A model generated the notes under the pieces. It did no database searches. It was not told the DNA's origin and worked only from the letters and a program-made list of their open reading frames with translations. A stretch of 64,000 bases of DNA from Clostridia bacterium (lineage in GTDB: Bacteria; Bacillota; Clostridia; JAAYHZ01), in assembly GCA_050950825.1 (NCBI GenBank), contig JBMNIH010000006.1:256001-320000 (forward strand). Reading direction: 5' to 3'. The position numbers and the translations under genes were made by a program. Shown piece by piece: positions 19,867 to 28,995 of the stretch. Positions within the stretch are counted from its first letter, which is position 1, and every line of letters starts with the position of its first letter.

Positions 19867-20175
19867 TCAGCCGGTCACCGGAATTAACAAAACGTCTCCT
19901 TCGAAAATATCCGCCGAAGCCATGTTGTTAACTTTCATCAGCTTGTAAATGTACCGCCTGATCTCCGTATTTTCTCGATATTTCGATGCAATATCCCATA
20001 AGGTATCACCCGAATCGACGGTGTACCTTATATACGTTTCTTCTTTCTCGTATCCGGAAGAACCGATTACCTTCGTTGAGAAGAATACGAAAAAGATCAA
20101 TCCGACCATGAGGAGTATGAAAACGAAAAATCTGCCCTTATGAACCAAAACATATTTCCTTCCGTTAATCACCAT
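19867..20175 (-). CDS. yneA: SOS cell-division inhibitor YneA-like (TM + LysM)
   Basis: TM helix followed by LysM (YTVDSGDTLWDIASKY...IFEGDVLLIP); divergent from lexA, with SOS boxes between them. Confidence 0.78.
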   Translation of the reverse strand: MVINGRKYVLVHKGRFFVFILLMVGLIFFVFFSTKVIGSSGYEKEETYIRYTVDSGDTLWDIASKYRENTEIRRYIYKLMKVNNMASADIFEGDVLLIPVTG

Positions 20176-20276
20176 CGTCGTTTTCCGCCGTCTTTTACAA
20201 TCGCCTTCGAAGGACGGCTCTCCTTCCGTGAAAGTTGAACGAATGCCGGTTTGACAAATGTATGTTTGCTACCGTA

Positions 20277-20325
20277 TAAACGTTCGTTCTGTTCTAATAA
20301 TAAAACAAAGATTTGTTTTTGTCAA
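20277..20325 (-). promoter_or_regulatory. yneA sigma-A promoter with downstream SOS (Cheo) box
   Basis: Minus strand TTGACA(20325-20320)-N17-TATTAT(20302-20297); AGAACGAACGTTTA at 20290-20277 matches GAAC-N4-GTTY. Confidence 0.7.
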
Positions 20326-20332
20326 ATGTTTT

Positions 20333-20373
20333 CGAACAAAAGTTTTGACTTAAAATGGTACACATGTTATAAT
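20333..20373 (+). promoter_or_regulatory. lexA sigma-A promoter overlapped by an SOS box
   Basis: CGAACAAAAGTTTT (20333-20346) overlaps TTGACT(20345-20350)-N17-TATAAT(20368-20373), with an extended TG. Confidence 0.78.
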
Positions 20374-20409
20374 GAATTCAGGATATGAAAAATAAGTGAT
20401 GGTGAGCCT

Positions 20410-21040
20410 ATGGAAAAGCAATTAAACGATAAGCAGAAGAAAATATTGGAGCTTATTAATCGTCAAGTGAAAGAAAGAGGATACCCTCCCCTCGGTTCGA
20501 GAAATTTGCAGAGAATTAAGATACAAATCCACATCGACTGTCCATGCTCATTTAAAAAAGCTTGAAGACGAAGGATTGTTGCAAAAAGCACCCGGAACTC
20601 CGAGAGGGTTAAAAGTTGTCGGTTCCCAAGTTCAAGATACGGACAAGCCCACTGTCAGAACCGTTGAAATTCCCGTCATTGGTAAAGTAACCGCCGGCAA
20701 GCCGATTTTGGCCGTAGAAAATGTGGAGGAATATTTTCCCGTACCGGAGGAGCTCACGGATTCTTCTACATTATTTATGCTGAAGGTATCGGGAGAAAGC
20801 ATGATCGAAGCCGGTATATTTGACGGAGATTTGGTTATTGTAAAGCAGCAAAGCACAGCCTTAAACGGAGACAAGATCGTAGCATTGATTAACCAAGAAG
20901 CCACCGTAAAAACCTTTTACAAAGAAAAAGACCGTATTCGTCTTCAACCGGAGAACAAGTATATGGATCCCATTTATGTAGATCCTTCGGATTCCTTCGC
21001 CATATTGGGAAAAGTCATCGGATTATTCCGCCGCATGTAA
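20410..21040 (+). pseudogene. lexA: LexA repressor with a +1 frameshift at CCCC 20488-20491 (likely sequencing error)
   Basis: ATG 20410 gives MEKQLNDKQKKILELI...RGYPP. Deleting one C restores SVREIC...STSTVHAHLKKLE and joins the frame with the VTAG cleavage site, the GESM catalytic Ser and ATVK Lys (209 aa). As written it stops at TGA 20563-20565. Confidence 0.92.
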
Positions 21041-21053
21041 TAATAAAGAATGC

Positions 21054-21082
21054 AAAAAAAGCCGGTTTCCGCCGGCTTTTTT
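21054..21082. terminator. Bidirectional intrinsic terminator between lexA and hfq
   Basis: A7-gccgg-tttccg-ccggc-T6 between convergent genes. Confidence 0.8.
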
Positions 21083-21115
21083 CTCGGTTATAAACAAATT
21101 CTCCGAACCGTATCT

Positions 21116-21364
21116 TTATCCTTGTTGGTAATCGTTGTTGAATATAAAGTTTACGGCTTTTAGCGGAGAAATGGTAGAAATCGCATGTTTATAGACCAGT
21201 TGTTGCCTGCCGTCCGTTTCCACGACGACGGTGAAATTGTCGAATCCTCTGACCGTCCCCTTCAACTGGAACCCGTTCGTCAAAAACAAGGTCACGGGAA
21301 TTCTCTCTTTTCTCACCTGGTTTAAAAAGACATCCTGCAGATTAATATTACTCTTGCCGTTCAT
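21116..21364 (-). CDS. hfq: RNA chaperone Hfq
   Basis: [24 protein letters not shown] and [10 protein letters not shown] motifs; downstream of miaA. Confidence 0.96.
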   Translation of the reverse strand: MNGKSNINLQDVFLNQVRKERIPVTLFLTNGFQLKGTVRGFDNFTVVVETDGRQQLVYKHAISTISPLKAVNFIFNNDYQQG

Positions 21365-21530
21365 TATAATCCTCCTAAATCAACAAAATATGAAATAAAA
21401 TAACCCGGCATTGTTCTGCCGCCATTACACATCACATTTAAATATTACTATGCATAAACTTTTTTTACAACTATAATATACAAAAAAAGGCTTATTTCAT
21501 GCAAATTATTCTAATTTCTATTTGAAATTT

Positions 21531-22451
21531 TTATTTTTCATAATCGTTTAATACGACTTCTATGGCGGCCGGAACCGTCAATTTGTCCATATCCAATATT
21601 TTCACATTTTGAATGTTCTTCATCCAAGTGATTTGGCGTTTGGCGTATCTTCTCGTTTCCCGCTTAATGATATCCAATGTTTCCGAATAGGTACACAGTC
21701 CTTTGAAATAATTGAAAAATTCTTTGTATCCGATTCCCTGCAGACAGGTATTCGACTTCGGAAGATTCATTTGATAAAGCGCGTACGCTTCTTTTTCCAA
21801 CCCCGCTTTGATCATTTCGTCCACCCTGTCGTCGATTCTTTTGTACAAACGAGACCTGTTCATGTGCAGCATGAATACACGGTAATCGTATTTCGGTCCT
21901 TTTACGGCTTCCTTACTCTTTTGGGAAAAAGGCACGTTGTGTTGAAGATATACCTCCAAAGCGCGAATCAACCGTTTGGTATTGTTCACGTGTATTTTGG
22001 AAGCGGCTTCCGGATCCACTTTTTTCAGCTTTTCATACAGAACATGGTTGCCTTCCTTCCGTGCTTGTTCTTCCAAATTCTTTCGTATATCGCCGCCTTC
22101 TTCCGTCTCGCTAAAATCAATATTATACACCAACGCGTTGATATACAATCCGGTCCCTCCGGCAATGATCGGCCTTTTGTTACGAGCCAATATATTTTCG
22201 ATACAATCTTCCGCATCCTTTTTGTAATCCGCCACGCTGTAATTTTCTCTTGGATCCAATCGGTCGATCATGTGATGGGGAATTTCCGCCGTTTCTTGAA
22301 GAGTAGGCTTGGCCGTACCGATATCCATGCCCTTGTAAATTTGCATGGAATCGGCGGAGACTATTTCCCCGTCAATATGTTTTGCCAGTTCAACGGCCAA
22401 AGCGGTTTTACCGCTTGCCGTAGGTCCGGTGATCACTATGATTTTTTCCAA
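21531..22451 (-). CDS. miaA: tRNA dimethylallyltransferase
   Basis: GPTASGKT, SADSMQIY, GGTGLY, GIGYKE and RRYAKRQITW motifs. Confidence 0.96.
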   Translation of the reverse strand: MEKIIVITGPTASGKTALAVELAKHIDGEIVSADSMQIYKGMDIGTAKPTLQETAEIPHHMIDRLDPRENYSVADYKKDAEDCIENILARNKRPIIAGGTGLYINALVYNIDFSETEEGGDIRKNLEEQARKEGNHVLYEKLKKVDPEAASKIHVNNTKRLIRALEVYLQHNVPFSQKSKEAVKGPKYDYRVFMLHMNRSRLYKRIDDRVDEMIKAGLEKEAYALYQMNLPKSNTCLQGIGYKEFFNYFKGLCTYSETLDIIKRETRRYAKRQITWMKNIQNVKILDMDKLTVPAAIEVVLNDYEK

Positions 22452-22463
22452 ATCTTCACCTTC

Positions 22464-24464
22464 CTAGACGATTCTTTTAAACATTTTTTCAAATTCTTTT
22501 TTCGGAACGATTATGTAAACCGGTCGTCCGTGAGGACAGGTATCCGGATTTTCAAGCTTGATCAAACTGCTCACAAGAGACTTGATTTCGGGCTCTTTCA
22601 GCTCTTTATTGGCCTTTACCGCCGCTTTGCACGCCATATCGTATATTAATTCTTCTTTCAATGCAAGACGGTTCATTCCTTTGGATTTATCCAATATGTT
22701 AATGGCATCAATAAACAGATCCTTCGGTGGCACATTGCCCGCGGCATAAGGAATCTCCCTCAATATCACCGTCTTGGCCCCGAACTCCTCGAACAAATAG
22801 CCTGCGGCGTTCAGCTCTTCCTTATACTCCTCTATAAGGTTCATATCCTCATCCGTCAAATCAAGAGTCAGGGGTTTTAACAGAATTTGTCCGGCTGCTT
22901 TGTCGCCTGCTCGTATACGCTCCATAAGCCTTTCGTACAGAATCTTTTCATGAGCCGCATGTTGGTCTATGATATATAAATTATCTCCTTGTTGCACGAA
23001 TATATACGTATCAAAGGCTGTGCCCGCGATTTTATACCCGAACACCAGTGTCCTTATTCCGGTGAGCTCTTTTGGCTCCTCTTTTTCGGGAAGGTTTTTT
23101 TGAACCGTTTTTTCCGTCTTGTATAAAGACGGCACCTCTTCGGTTTTCGGTATATCCGAGACCCCTTCTTTTTTATAGGGTTCGAACTTTTGTTCTTCTT
23201 TTTTTTCTTCCCGGTTCAAAGTATCCTGTTTTCGTTGAATCGGAATGAAAGCTTCCGAGCTTTTATCTTCTTCCTCTTTTTGCTTCTTTTCTTCGACAGG
23301 AAAAAGAGCTTTTCCTTGCTTGGGTTCCGGAATTTCGGGAAGCTTTTCAAAAAACTCTTTTTCTTTCGGGTGATCTTTCGGTACGATCTCGCTTTGCCGT
23401 ACCGGGGGCGCAGGTTTTCTTACGGCCTCCTTTTTAATAAACTCGGAGATCGACGTTCCCAGGTCAAGCCCATGAGTTTTCGACATTAATGCGTTGTTAA
23501 CCGCATGGTATACGGTTCGGAAAAGGGCTTGTTCGTCCGAAAACCGAACCTCCGTTTTCGCCGGATGGACATTTACATCCACCAGCTCCACGTTGATCTC
23601 CAAATTCAAAACCGCAAAAGGATAACGGTTTTTCATCAGCACGGTTTTGTATGCCTGCTCCAAGGCCGATGTAAAAATTTTGCTTTTTACATACCTTCCG
23701 TTCACGAAAAAAGACTGTCGGTTGCGGTTTCCTGCAGCGATATGCTCTTTACCGACAAATCCCGTTATTTTTGCATACTCGTCTTTATACGATACCGGGA
23801 GCAAGGCGTCGGCGATTTCTTTTCCGTATACGGCGAAAATAACGCTTTTTTGGTTGTTATCTCCGGGAGTTCGAAACATTTCTTTCCCGGATTCGATGTA
23901 TGTAAAGGAAATATCCGGACGAGCCAGTGCGATTCGGGTCAAAATATCATGGATATACCGGCTTTCGGTGGAATCGGATCGTAAGAATTTATACCGCGCC
24001 GGCGTATTGTAAAACAAATTCCGTACGGTAACCGTGGTCCCTACAGGGCAGCCGGCATCGCCGTGTTCCATGATTTTCCCGCCTTGTACGCGGATCACGG
24101 AACCGGTTGCATCGGCCTTATTGTATGTCGTCAGCACCGTGTCGGAAACGGCCGCGATACTCGGCAGCGCCTCGCCTCGAAAGCCTAAGGTTACGATGGT
24201 GTGGATATCTTCCGCGGTACGGATTTTTCCCGTACCGTGTCTTTCAAACGCCAAAGCCACGTCGTCCTTCAGGATTCCGGAGCCGTTGTCCGTAACCCGC
24301 ATGAAGGATATGCCTCCGTTTTCGATTTCAACGGTTATTTTTGTGCTCCCGGCGTCGATGGAGTTTTCCACCAACTCTTTTATAACCGAAGCCGGCCGTT
24401 CGATCACCTCTCCCGCCGCTATTTTGTTCGCCGTATTCTCATCCAGTATGATTATATTCCCCAT
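22464..24464 (-). CDS. mutL: DNA mismatch repair endonuclease MutL
   Basis: NKIAAGEVIERP, GFRGEAL, DVNVHPAK, DQHAAHE endonuclease motif and CPHGRP. Confidence 0.97.
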   Translation of the reverse strand: MGNIIILDENTANKIAAGEVIERPASVIKELVENSIDAGSTKITVEIENGGISFMRVTDNGSGILKDDVALAFERHGTGKIRTAEDIHTIVTLGFRGEALPSIAAVSDTVLTTYNKADATGSVIRVQGGKIMEHGDAGCPVGTTVTVRNLFYNTPARYKFLRSDSTESRYIHDILTRIALARPDISFTYIESGKEMFRTPGDNNQKSVIFAVYGKEIADALLPVSYKDEYAKITGFVGKEHIAAGNRNRQSFFVNGRYVKSKIFTSALEQAYKTVLMKNRYPFAVLNLEINVELVDVNVHPAKTEVRFSDEQALFRTVYHAVNNALMSKTHGLDLGTSISEFIKKEAVRKPAPPVRQSEIVPKDHPKEKEFFEKLPEIPEPKQGKALFPVEEKKQKEEEDKSSEAFIPIQRKQDTLNREEKKEEQKFEPYKKEGVSDIPKTEEVPSLYKTEKTVQKNLPEKEEPKELTGIRTLVFGYKIAGTAFDTYIFVQQGDNLYIIDQHAAHEKILYERLMERIRAGDKAAGQILLKPLTLDLTDEDMNLIEEYKEELNAAGYLFEEFGAKTVILREIPYAAGNVPPKDLFIDAINILDKSKGMNRLALKEELIYDMACKAAVKANKELKEPEIKSLVSSLIKLENPDTCPHGRPVYIIVPKKEFEKMFKRIV

Positions 24465-24491
24465 AACCTACTCCGTCTTTTTTTACGCTTT

Positions 24492-27107
24492 TTACGTTTG
24501 CTTTGCGGATGTACTCAGCTCAAACAAAAGATTCAAAGCTTCCAATGGCGTCATATTCTGAACATCCGTTTCTCTTAATTTCTTCAGTATCAGCTCCGTA
24601 TTTCTGCTTCTATTGTTATAAGCAAGGATGTCCATCTGGCCTTCAATGGGTTTTGAGTCTTTTTTTGTGCGCAATCGTTTTTTATACATATTGGCATTTT
24701 CCAGCTCGGCCAATATTTCTTTGGCTCTCGAAATAACCAAATGGGGAATCCCCGCCAGCCTTGCCACTTGGATGCCGTAGCTTTCGTCGGCTCCCCCTCT
24801 TTCGATTTTACGTAAGAAAACGATGTCATCTCCCTGTTCCCGAGCGGTTACCCTGTAATTCTTGATCCCTTCGTTTCTGTCCTCAAGGTCCGTTAATTCA
24901 TGATAATGAGTAGCGAACAAGGTTCGGCATCCTAAGAATTCTTTGTCGTTTATGTACTCAACCACCGCCCAAGCGATGCTTAACCCGTCAAAGGTACTGG
25001 TTCCGCGACCTACCTCATCCAAGATTAAAAGGCTTTTGGGAGTGGCGTTTTTGATGATGTTGGCCATTTCCACCATCTCCACCATAAAGGTACTCTGTCC
25101 CATTCCCAAATTGTCCGACGCACCGACTCGAGTAAAAATCTTATCCACGATACCGATTTTACCGTAGGATGCCGGAATGAAGCTTCCCATTTGGGCTAAA
25201 ATCACCGTTATGGCTACTTGCCTTAAGTAAGTGGATTTACCCGCCATGTTGGGGCCCGTAATAATGTTCAGACGATTATCGCCGGTATCCAAAAGGGTAT
25301 CGTTAGGAACAAAAGGCGTATCCTTCATCGTTTTCTCTACCACCGGGTGCCTTCCATCCTTGATGATGATCTCGTCGCCTTCGTACACCTCCGGCTTGCA
25401 GTAGTTCTCACGGTCGGCGGTCTCCGCCAAAGACGCCAAGGCATCCAACATGGCCAGCATCTTGGATGTTTCTTTGATCCTTTTGACGGCATCCACCACC
25501 TTTTGCCGTATTTCTTGGAACAGCTCGTATTCCAGTTCCTTTAAATGCTCCTCCGCTCCCGTTACTTCCTCTTCCATTTCTTTGAGCTCTTGGGTTATGT
25601 ATCGTTCGCAGTTCACCAAGGTCTGTTTTCGGATATAGCGGTCCGGTACGAATTTGATATTGGATTTGGATACTTCGATGTAATATCCGAAAACCTTGTT
25701 GTATCCGATTTTCAAGTTCTTAATACCCGTTTTTTCCCGCTCTTGTTCTTGCAAATCCGCAATCCACTTTTTGCCGTTGGAAGACGCATCTCGGAGCTTG
25801 TCCACCTTTTCGTGGTAACCGTCCTTAATGATTCCCCCTTCCGTTATGGTTACGGGAGGCTGTTCGTTAATGGACCGATCCAGCAAGTCGTACAAATCCT
25901 CCAAAGTATCGATACGGCTTCGTATGGATTGTAGAAAAGGATCGTCAAAATCCTTCATGGTTTCCGCAATAGCCGGCAAAGGACCGAAGGAATTTTTCAA
26001 CGACAAAAGATCCCGGCAGTTGACGGAGCCTAATACGGCTTTCGACGTAATACGTTCCATATCGTACACACCGGACAACAATTCTCGGATTTCGGCTCTT
26101 CTTATAAAATTATCCTTAAAGCATTGGACGGCATTCTGACGTTCCGTAATGGACAGAACATCCGTCAAAGGCTGCTCCAACCAGCTTCGAAGCATACGTC
26201 CTCCCATGGCCGTCACCGTTCGATCGATAACCCATAACAAGGAACCGGTCTTTTTTCTTTCCAAAAGAGTTTCCGTAAGCTCCAAATTCCTTCGGGCCAC
26301 AACATCCATCCCCATGAACCCTTCGTATTCATAGAGGTTTAATTGATCGATGTGCTTAGGGAAAACCTTTTGCAGCCGGTCCAAATACAAAAGCAGTGCC
26401 CCGGCCGCGTTAGCGCCGATATGGTACGAGGATAAATCGTCGGATACGTTCTTAAACTGCTCCTTTAAGCGGGTTATGGCATTTTCACGGGAAAATAAGG
26501 AGTCTTCCACCTTATAAACATAAGAACCGCTTACCTTTTGTAATTGATCCTTTAAAAATTCGGCTTCGGAATTGACGATGACCTCCACCGGCATGAACCT
26601 TGCCGCTTCGTTTATAACCTTGTCCTTGGTAGCGCCTAAAACGATTTGGGTGCTGTAGCATTCTCCCGTACCGGTATCTACGGTACAAAGTCCGTAGCAA
26701 GCCCCTTGCTTGTAAATGGCCATCATGTATCGATTGGTCTTGTCTTCCAATACGTTAAGGTCGGTGATGGTTCCCGGAGTAATGACTCGAATAACGTCTC
26801 GGTCTACGATACCGACGGCTTTTTTCGGATCCTCCGTCTGTTCGCAGATGGCCACCTTATAGCCCTTTTCCACCAATCTGGCTATGTAAGAATCGGCCGA
26901 ATGAAAGGGTACGCCGCACATAGGCGCCCTCTCCTCGAATCCGCAATTTCTTCCGGTTAAGGTGATCTCCAATTCCTTCGACGCAACGATGGCATCGTCG
27001 AAAAACATTTCATAAAAATCGCCTAAACGGAAAAATAAAATACAGTCCTTGTATTTTTCTTTGATCTGTTTATACTGCACCATCATCGGTGTAAGCTTCG
27101 ATTCCAT
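24492..27107 (-). CDS. mutS: DNA mismatch repair protein MutS
   Basis: TPMMVQY, GDFYEMF, TGPNMAGKSTY, DEVGRGTST and ATHYHEL motifs. Confidence 0.97.
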   Translation of the reverse strand: MESKLTPMMVQYKQIKEKYKDCILFFRLGDFYEMFFDDAIVASKELEITLTGRNCGFEERAPMCGVPFHSADSYIARLVEKGYKVAICEQTEDPKKAVGIVDRDVIRVITPGTITDLNVLEDKTNRYMMAIYKQGACYGLCTVDTGTGECYSTQIVLGATKDKVINEAARFMPVEVIVNSEAEFLKDQLQKVSGSYVYKVEDSLFSRENAITRLKEQFKNVSDDLSSYHIGANAAGALLLYLDRLQKVFPKHIDQLNLYEYEGFMGMDVVARRNLELTETLLERKKTGSLLWVIDRTVTAMGGRMLRSWLEQPLTDVLSITERQNAVQCFKDNFIRRAEIRELLSGVYDMERITSKAVLGSVNCRDLLSLKNSFGPLPAIAETMKDFDDPFLQSIRSRIDTLEDLYDLLDRSINEQPPVTITEGGIIKDGYHEKVDKLRDASSNGKKWIADLQEQEREKTGIKNLKIGYNKVFGYYIEVSKSNIKFVPDRYIRKQTLVNCERYITQELKEMEEEVTGAEEHLKELEYELFQEIRQKVVDAVKRIKETSKMLAMLDALASLAETADRENYCKPEVYEGDEIIIKDGRHPVVEKTMKDTPFVPNDTLLDTGDNRLNIITGPNMAGKSTYLRQVAITVILAQMGSFIPASYGKIGIVDKIFTRVGASDNLGMGQSTFMVEMVEMANIIKNATPKSLLILDEVGRGTSTFDGLSIAWAVVEYINDKEFLGCRTLFATHYHELTDLEDRNEGIKNYRVTAREQGDDIVFLRKIERGGADESYGIQVARLAGIPHLVISRAKEILAELENANMYKKRLRTKKDSKPIEGQMDILAYNNRSRNTELILKKLRETDVQNMTPLEALNLLFELSTSAKQT

Positions 27108-27146
27108 GAAACCCCCTTACGTTTTTCCCTTTTCCCTATCCGTATT

Positions 27147-27542
27147 CTATTTACCGCAGCCCTTGCAGCCTCCGCATCCGCCGCTTTTGCAGTCTTTTTG
27201 AGGCTCTCCGGTAATTCCTTCTAAAATCTTGTTGTTGACTTCTTTCATAAATGCGTCAAACTCATCCTTTGCTTTGAAGAACATACCGGTAGGACGATAT
27301 TCTTGGATTTCTTCTTTTTTCATTTCGATTAAATGTACCAAGCTTTCCAAAACGTCCTCGCCCAATTTATCCTTCTTGGCATTAAGGTACTCTCTTTGCA
27401 ATATTCGAAGATCGTTCAAAAGCTGCAGTCCTTCTTCGTCATGCATGGCCAGTTCTTCGCATTCTTTTAAGGTGATGTATTGCTCGCTCATGCCGATTAG
27501 CTTTCCCAAATCCAATGCCGCTTTCATGATTTCCTCGTCCAT
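27147..27542 (-). CDS. YlbF/YmcA (Ric) family regulator
   Basis: Helical 131-aa protein between miaB and mutS (the ymcA position); Cys-rich tail CKSGGCGGCKGC. Confidence 0.7.
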   Translation of the reverse strand: MDEEIMKAALDLGKLIGMSEQYITLKECEELAMHDEEGLQLLNDLRILQREYLNAKKDKLGEDVLESLVHLIEMKKEEIQEYRPTGMFFKAKDEFDAFMKEVNNKILEGITGEPQKDCKSGGCGGCKGCGK

Positions 27543-27575
27543 CGGTTCTTCACCTCCCTCCTTTTTACGGTCCTT

Positions 27576-28979
27576 TTATACCGTTTCTCCTTCTAAGGAC
27601 CAAGCACCGGCATCCGTAATACGTACGTTAATAATTTCGCCCACCGTATCTTCCGGTGCCATAAAGTTTACGATTTTATTGGTATCCGTTCGGCCGGTAC
27701 AAACCGTCTTATCCGTCTTACTGGGTCCTTCGTTCAATACGGCTTCGATACGTCCGATATATTCTCTGTTTTTTTTCAACGAGATGGCATCCTGTACTTC
27801 CAACAATCTTTGGAATCGGTTGTTTTTTACTTCCTTCGGAATTTGGTCCTCTCGTTCCGCCGCCTTAGTGCCTTTCCTTACGGAATAGATAAAGGTGTAC
27901 GCCATGTCGTATTCCGTTTTACGAACAACATCCAAGGTTTCTAAAAAGTCTTCTTCCGTTTCTCCCGGAAAACCTACGATGATGTCCGTGGTAATGGCGA
28001 TTCGAGGCATTTTCTCTCGCGCAAAAGAAACGATGTCCATATACCTTTGTTTGGTATATCGCCGGTTCATCTCCTTTAGGATCCGGTCGGATCCCGCCTG
28101 CAAAGGCAAATGCAAGTGCTTGCAAACCTTATCCAATTCGCTCATGGCAATAATCAGGGAATCCGATATGTCCTTCGGATGGGAAGTCATAAACCGAATT
28201 CGCTCGATTCCCTTCACTTCGCTCAATCGATACAAAAGCTCCGTAAAGTCCGTCTTTTCTTCCAAAGTTTTTCCGTAGGAGTTGACGTTCTGTCCTAACA
28301 GCGTGATTTCTTTGACACCGTCCTCGGCAAGTATTCGGGCTTCTTCCAATATGTCGAAAGGCGCACGGCTTCTCTCCCGTCCCCTTACATAAGGAACGAT
28401 GCAGTAAGAGCAAAAGTTGTTGCAGCCGTACATGATGCTCAGCCAAGCCTTGTATTTATGCTCCCTTTTTAAAGGCACTCCTTCCGGAATATATCCTTCC
28501 GTATCGTATACGCTGATAACGCATTTTTCCTCCGTCAATCGCTCGTAAAGGTTTTTCGGAAGCTCGTGAATGTTTCGGGTGCCGAAAACCAAATCCACAT
28601 GCTTGTATTTGTTTTTTATCTCCTCCACCACATGAGGCTCTTGCATCATGCATCCGGCAACGGCGATCATCATCCAAGGCTTTTCTCTTTTTAACCCTTT
28701 TAACGCCCCCAAATGACCGAATACCTTTAATTCGGCATTTTCTCTTACGCAGCAAGTGTTAAACAGCACAAAATCCGCCGTTTCCATGTCGGAGGCCGGC
28801 GTAAAGCCCATCATCTCCAGCATCCCGGTGTATTTTTCCGATTCGTTCTCGTTCATTTGGCATCCGAAGGTTCGGATATAGTAGGTGGGGGGCTTTCGAT
28901 CCGGACGGATACTTCCGATCCTCTCCCTCACTTCTTGAATATATCGGGCTTGGGTTTCAAAATCGATTCGTTCTGTCAT
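27576..28979 (-). CDS. miaB: tRNA-2-methylthio-N6-dimethylallyladenosine synthase
   Basis: TFGCQMN, NTCCVRENAE, radical SAM CNNFCSYC, C-terminal TRAM domain. Confidence 0.96.
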   Translation of the reverse strand: MTERIDFETQARYIQEVRERIGSIRPDRKPPTYYIRTFGCQMNENESEKYTGMLEMMGFTPASDMETADFVLFNTCCVRENAELKVFGHLGALKGLKREKPWMMIAVAGCMMQEPHVVEEIKNKYKHVDLVFGTRNIHELPKNLYERLTEEKCVISVYDTEGYIPEGVPLKREHKYKAWLSIMYGCNNFCSYCIVPYVRGRERSRAPFDILEEARILAEDGVKEITLLGQNVNSYGKTLEEKTDFTELLYRLSEVKGIERIRFMTSHPKDISDSLIIAMSELDKVCKHLHLPLQAGSDRILKEMNRRYTKQRYMDIVSFAREKMPRIAITTDIIVGFPGETEEDFLETLDVVRKTEYDMAYTFIYSVRKGTKAAEREDQIPKEVKNNRFQRLLEVQDAISLKKNREYIGRIEAVLNEGPSKTDKTVCTGRTDTNKIVNFMAPEDTVGEIINVRITDAGAWSLEGETV

Positions 28980-28995
28980 CTTTTTCTTCCTTGCT

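Noticed and set aside
16150-20495. Programmed frameshifting or phase variation at the broken genes
   Set aside because: The runs are only 3-4 nt with no slippery heptamer or stimulatory structure; assembly error is simpler.
21609-22649. 346-aa plus-strand ORF
   Set aside because: Antisense to miaA/mutL with no motifs; a codon-bias shadow.
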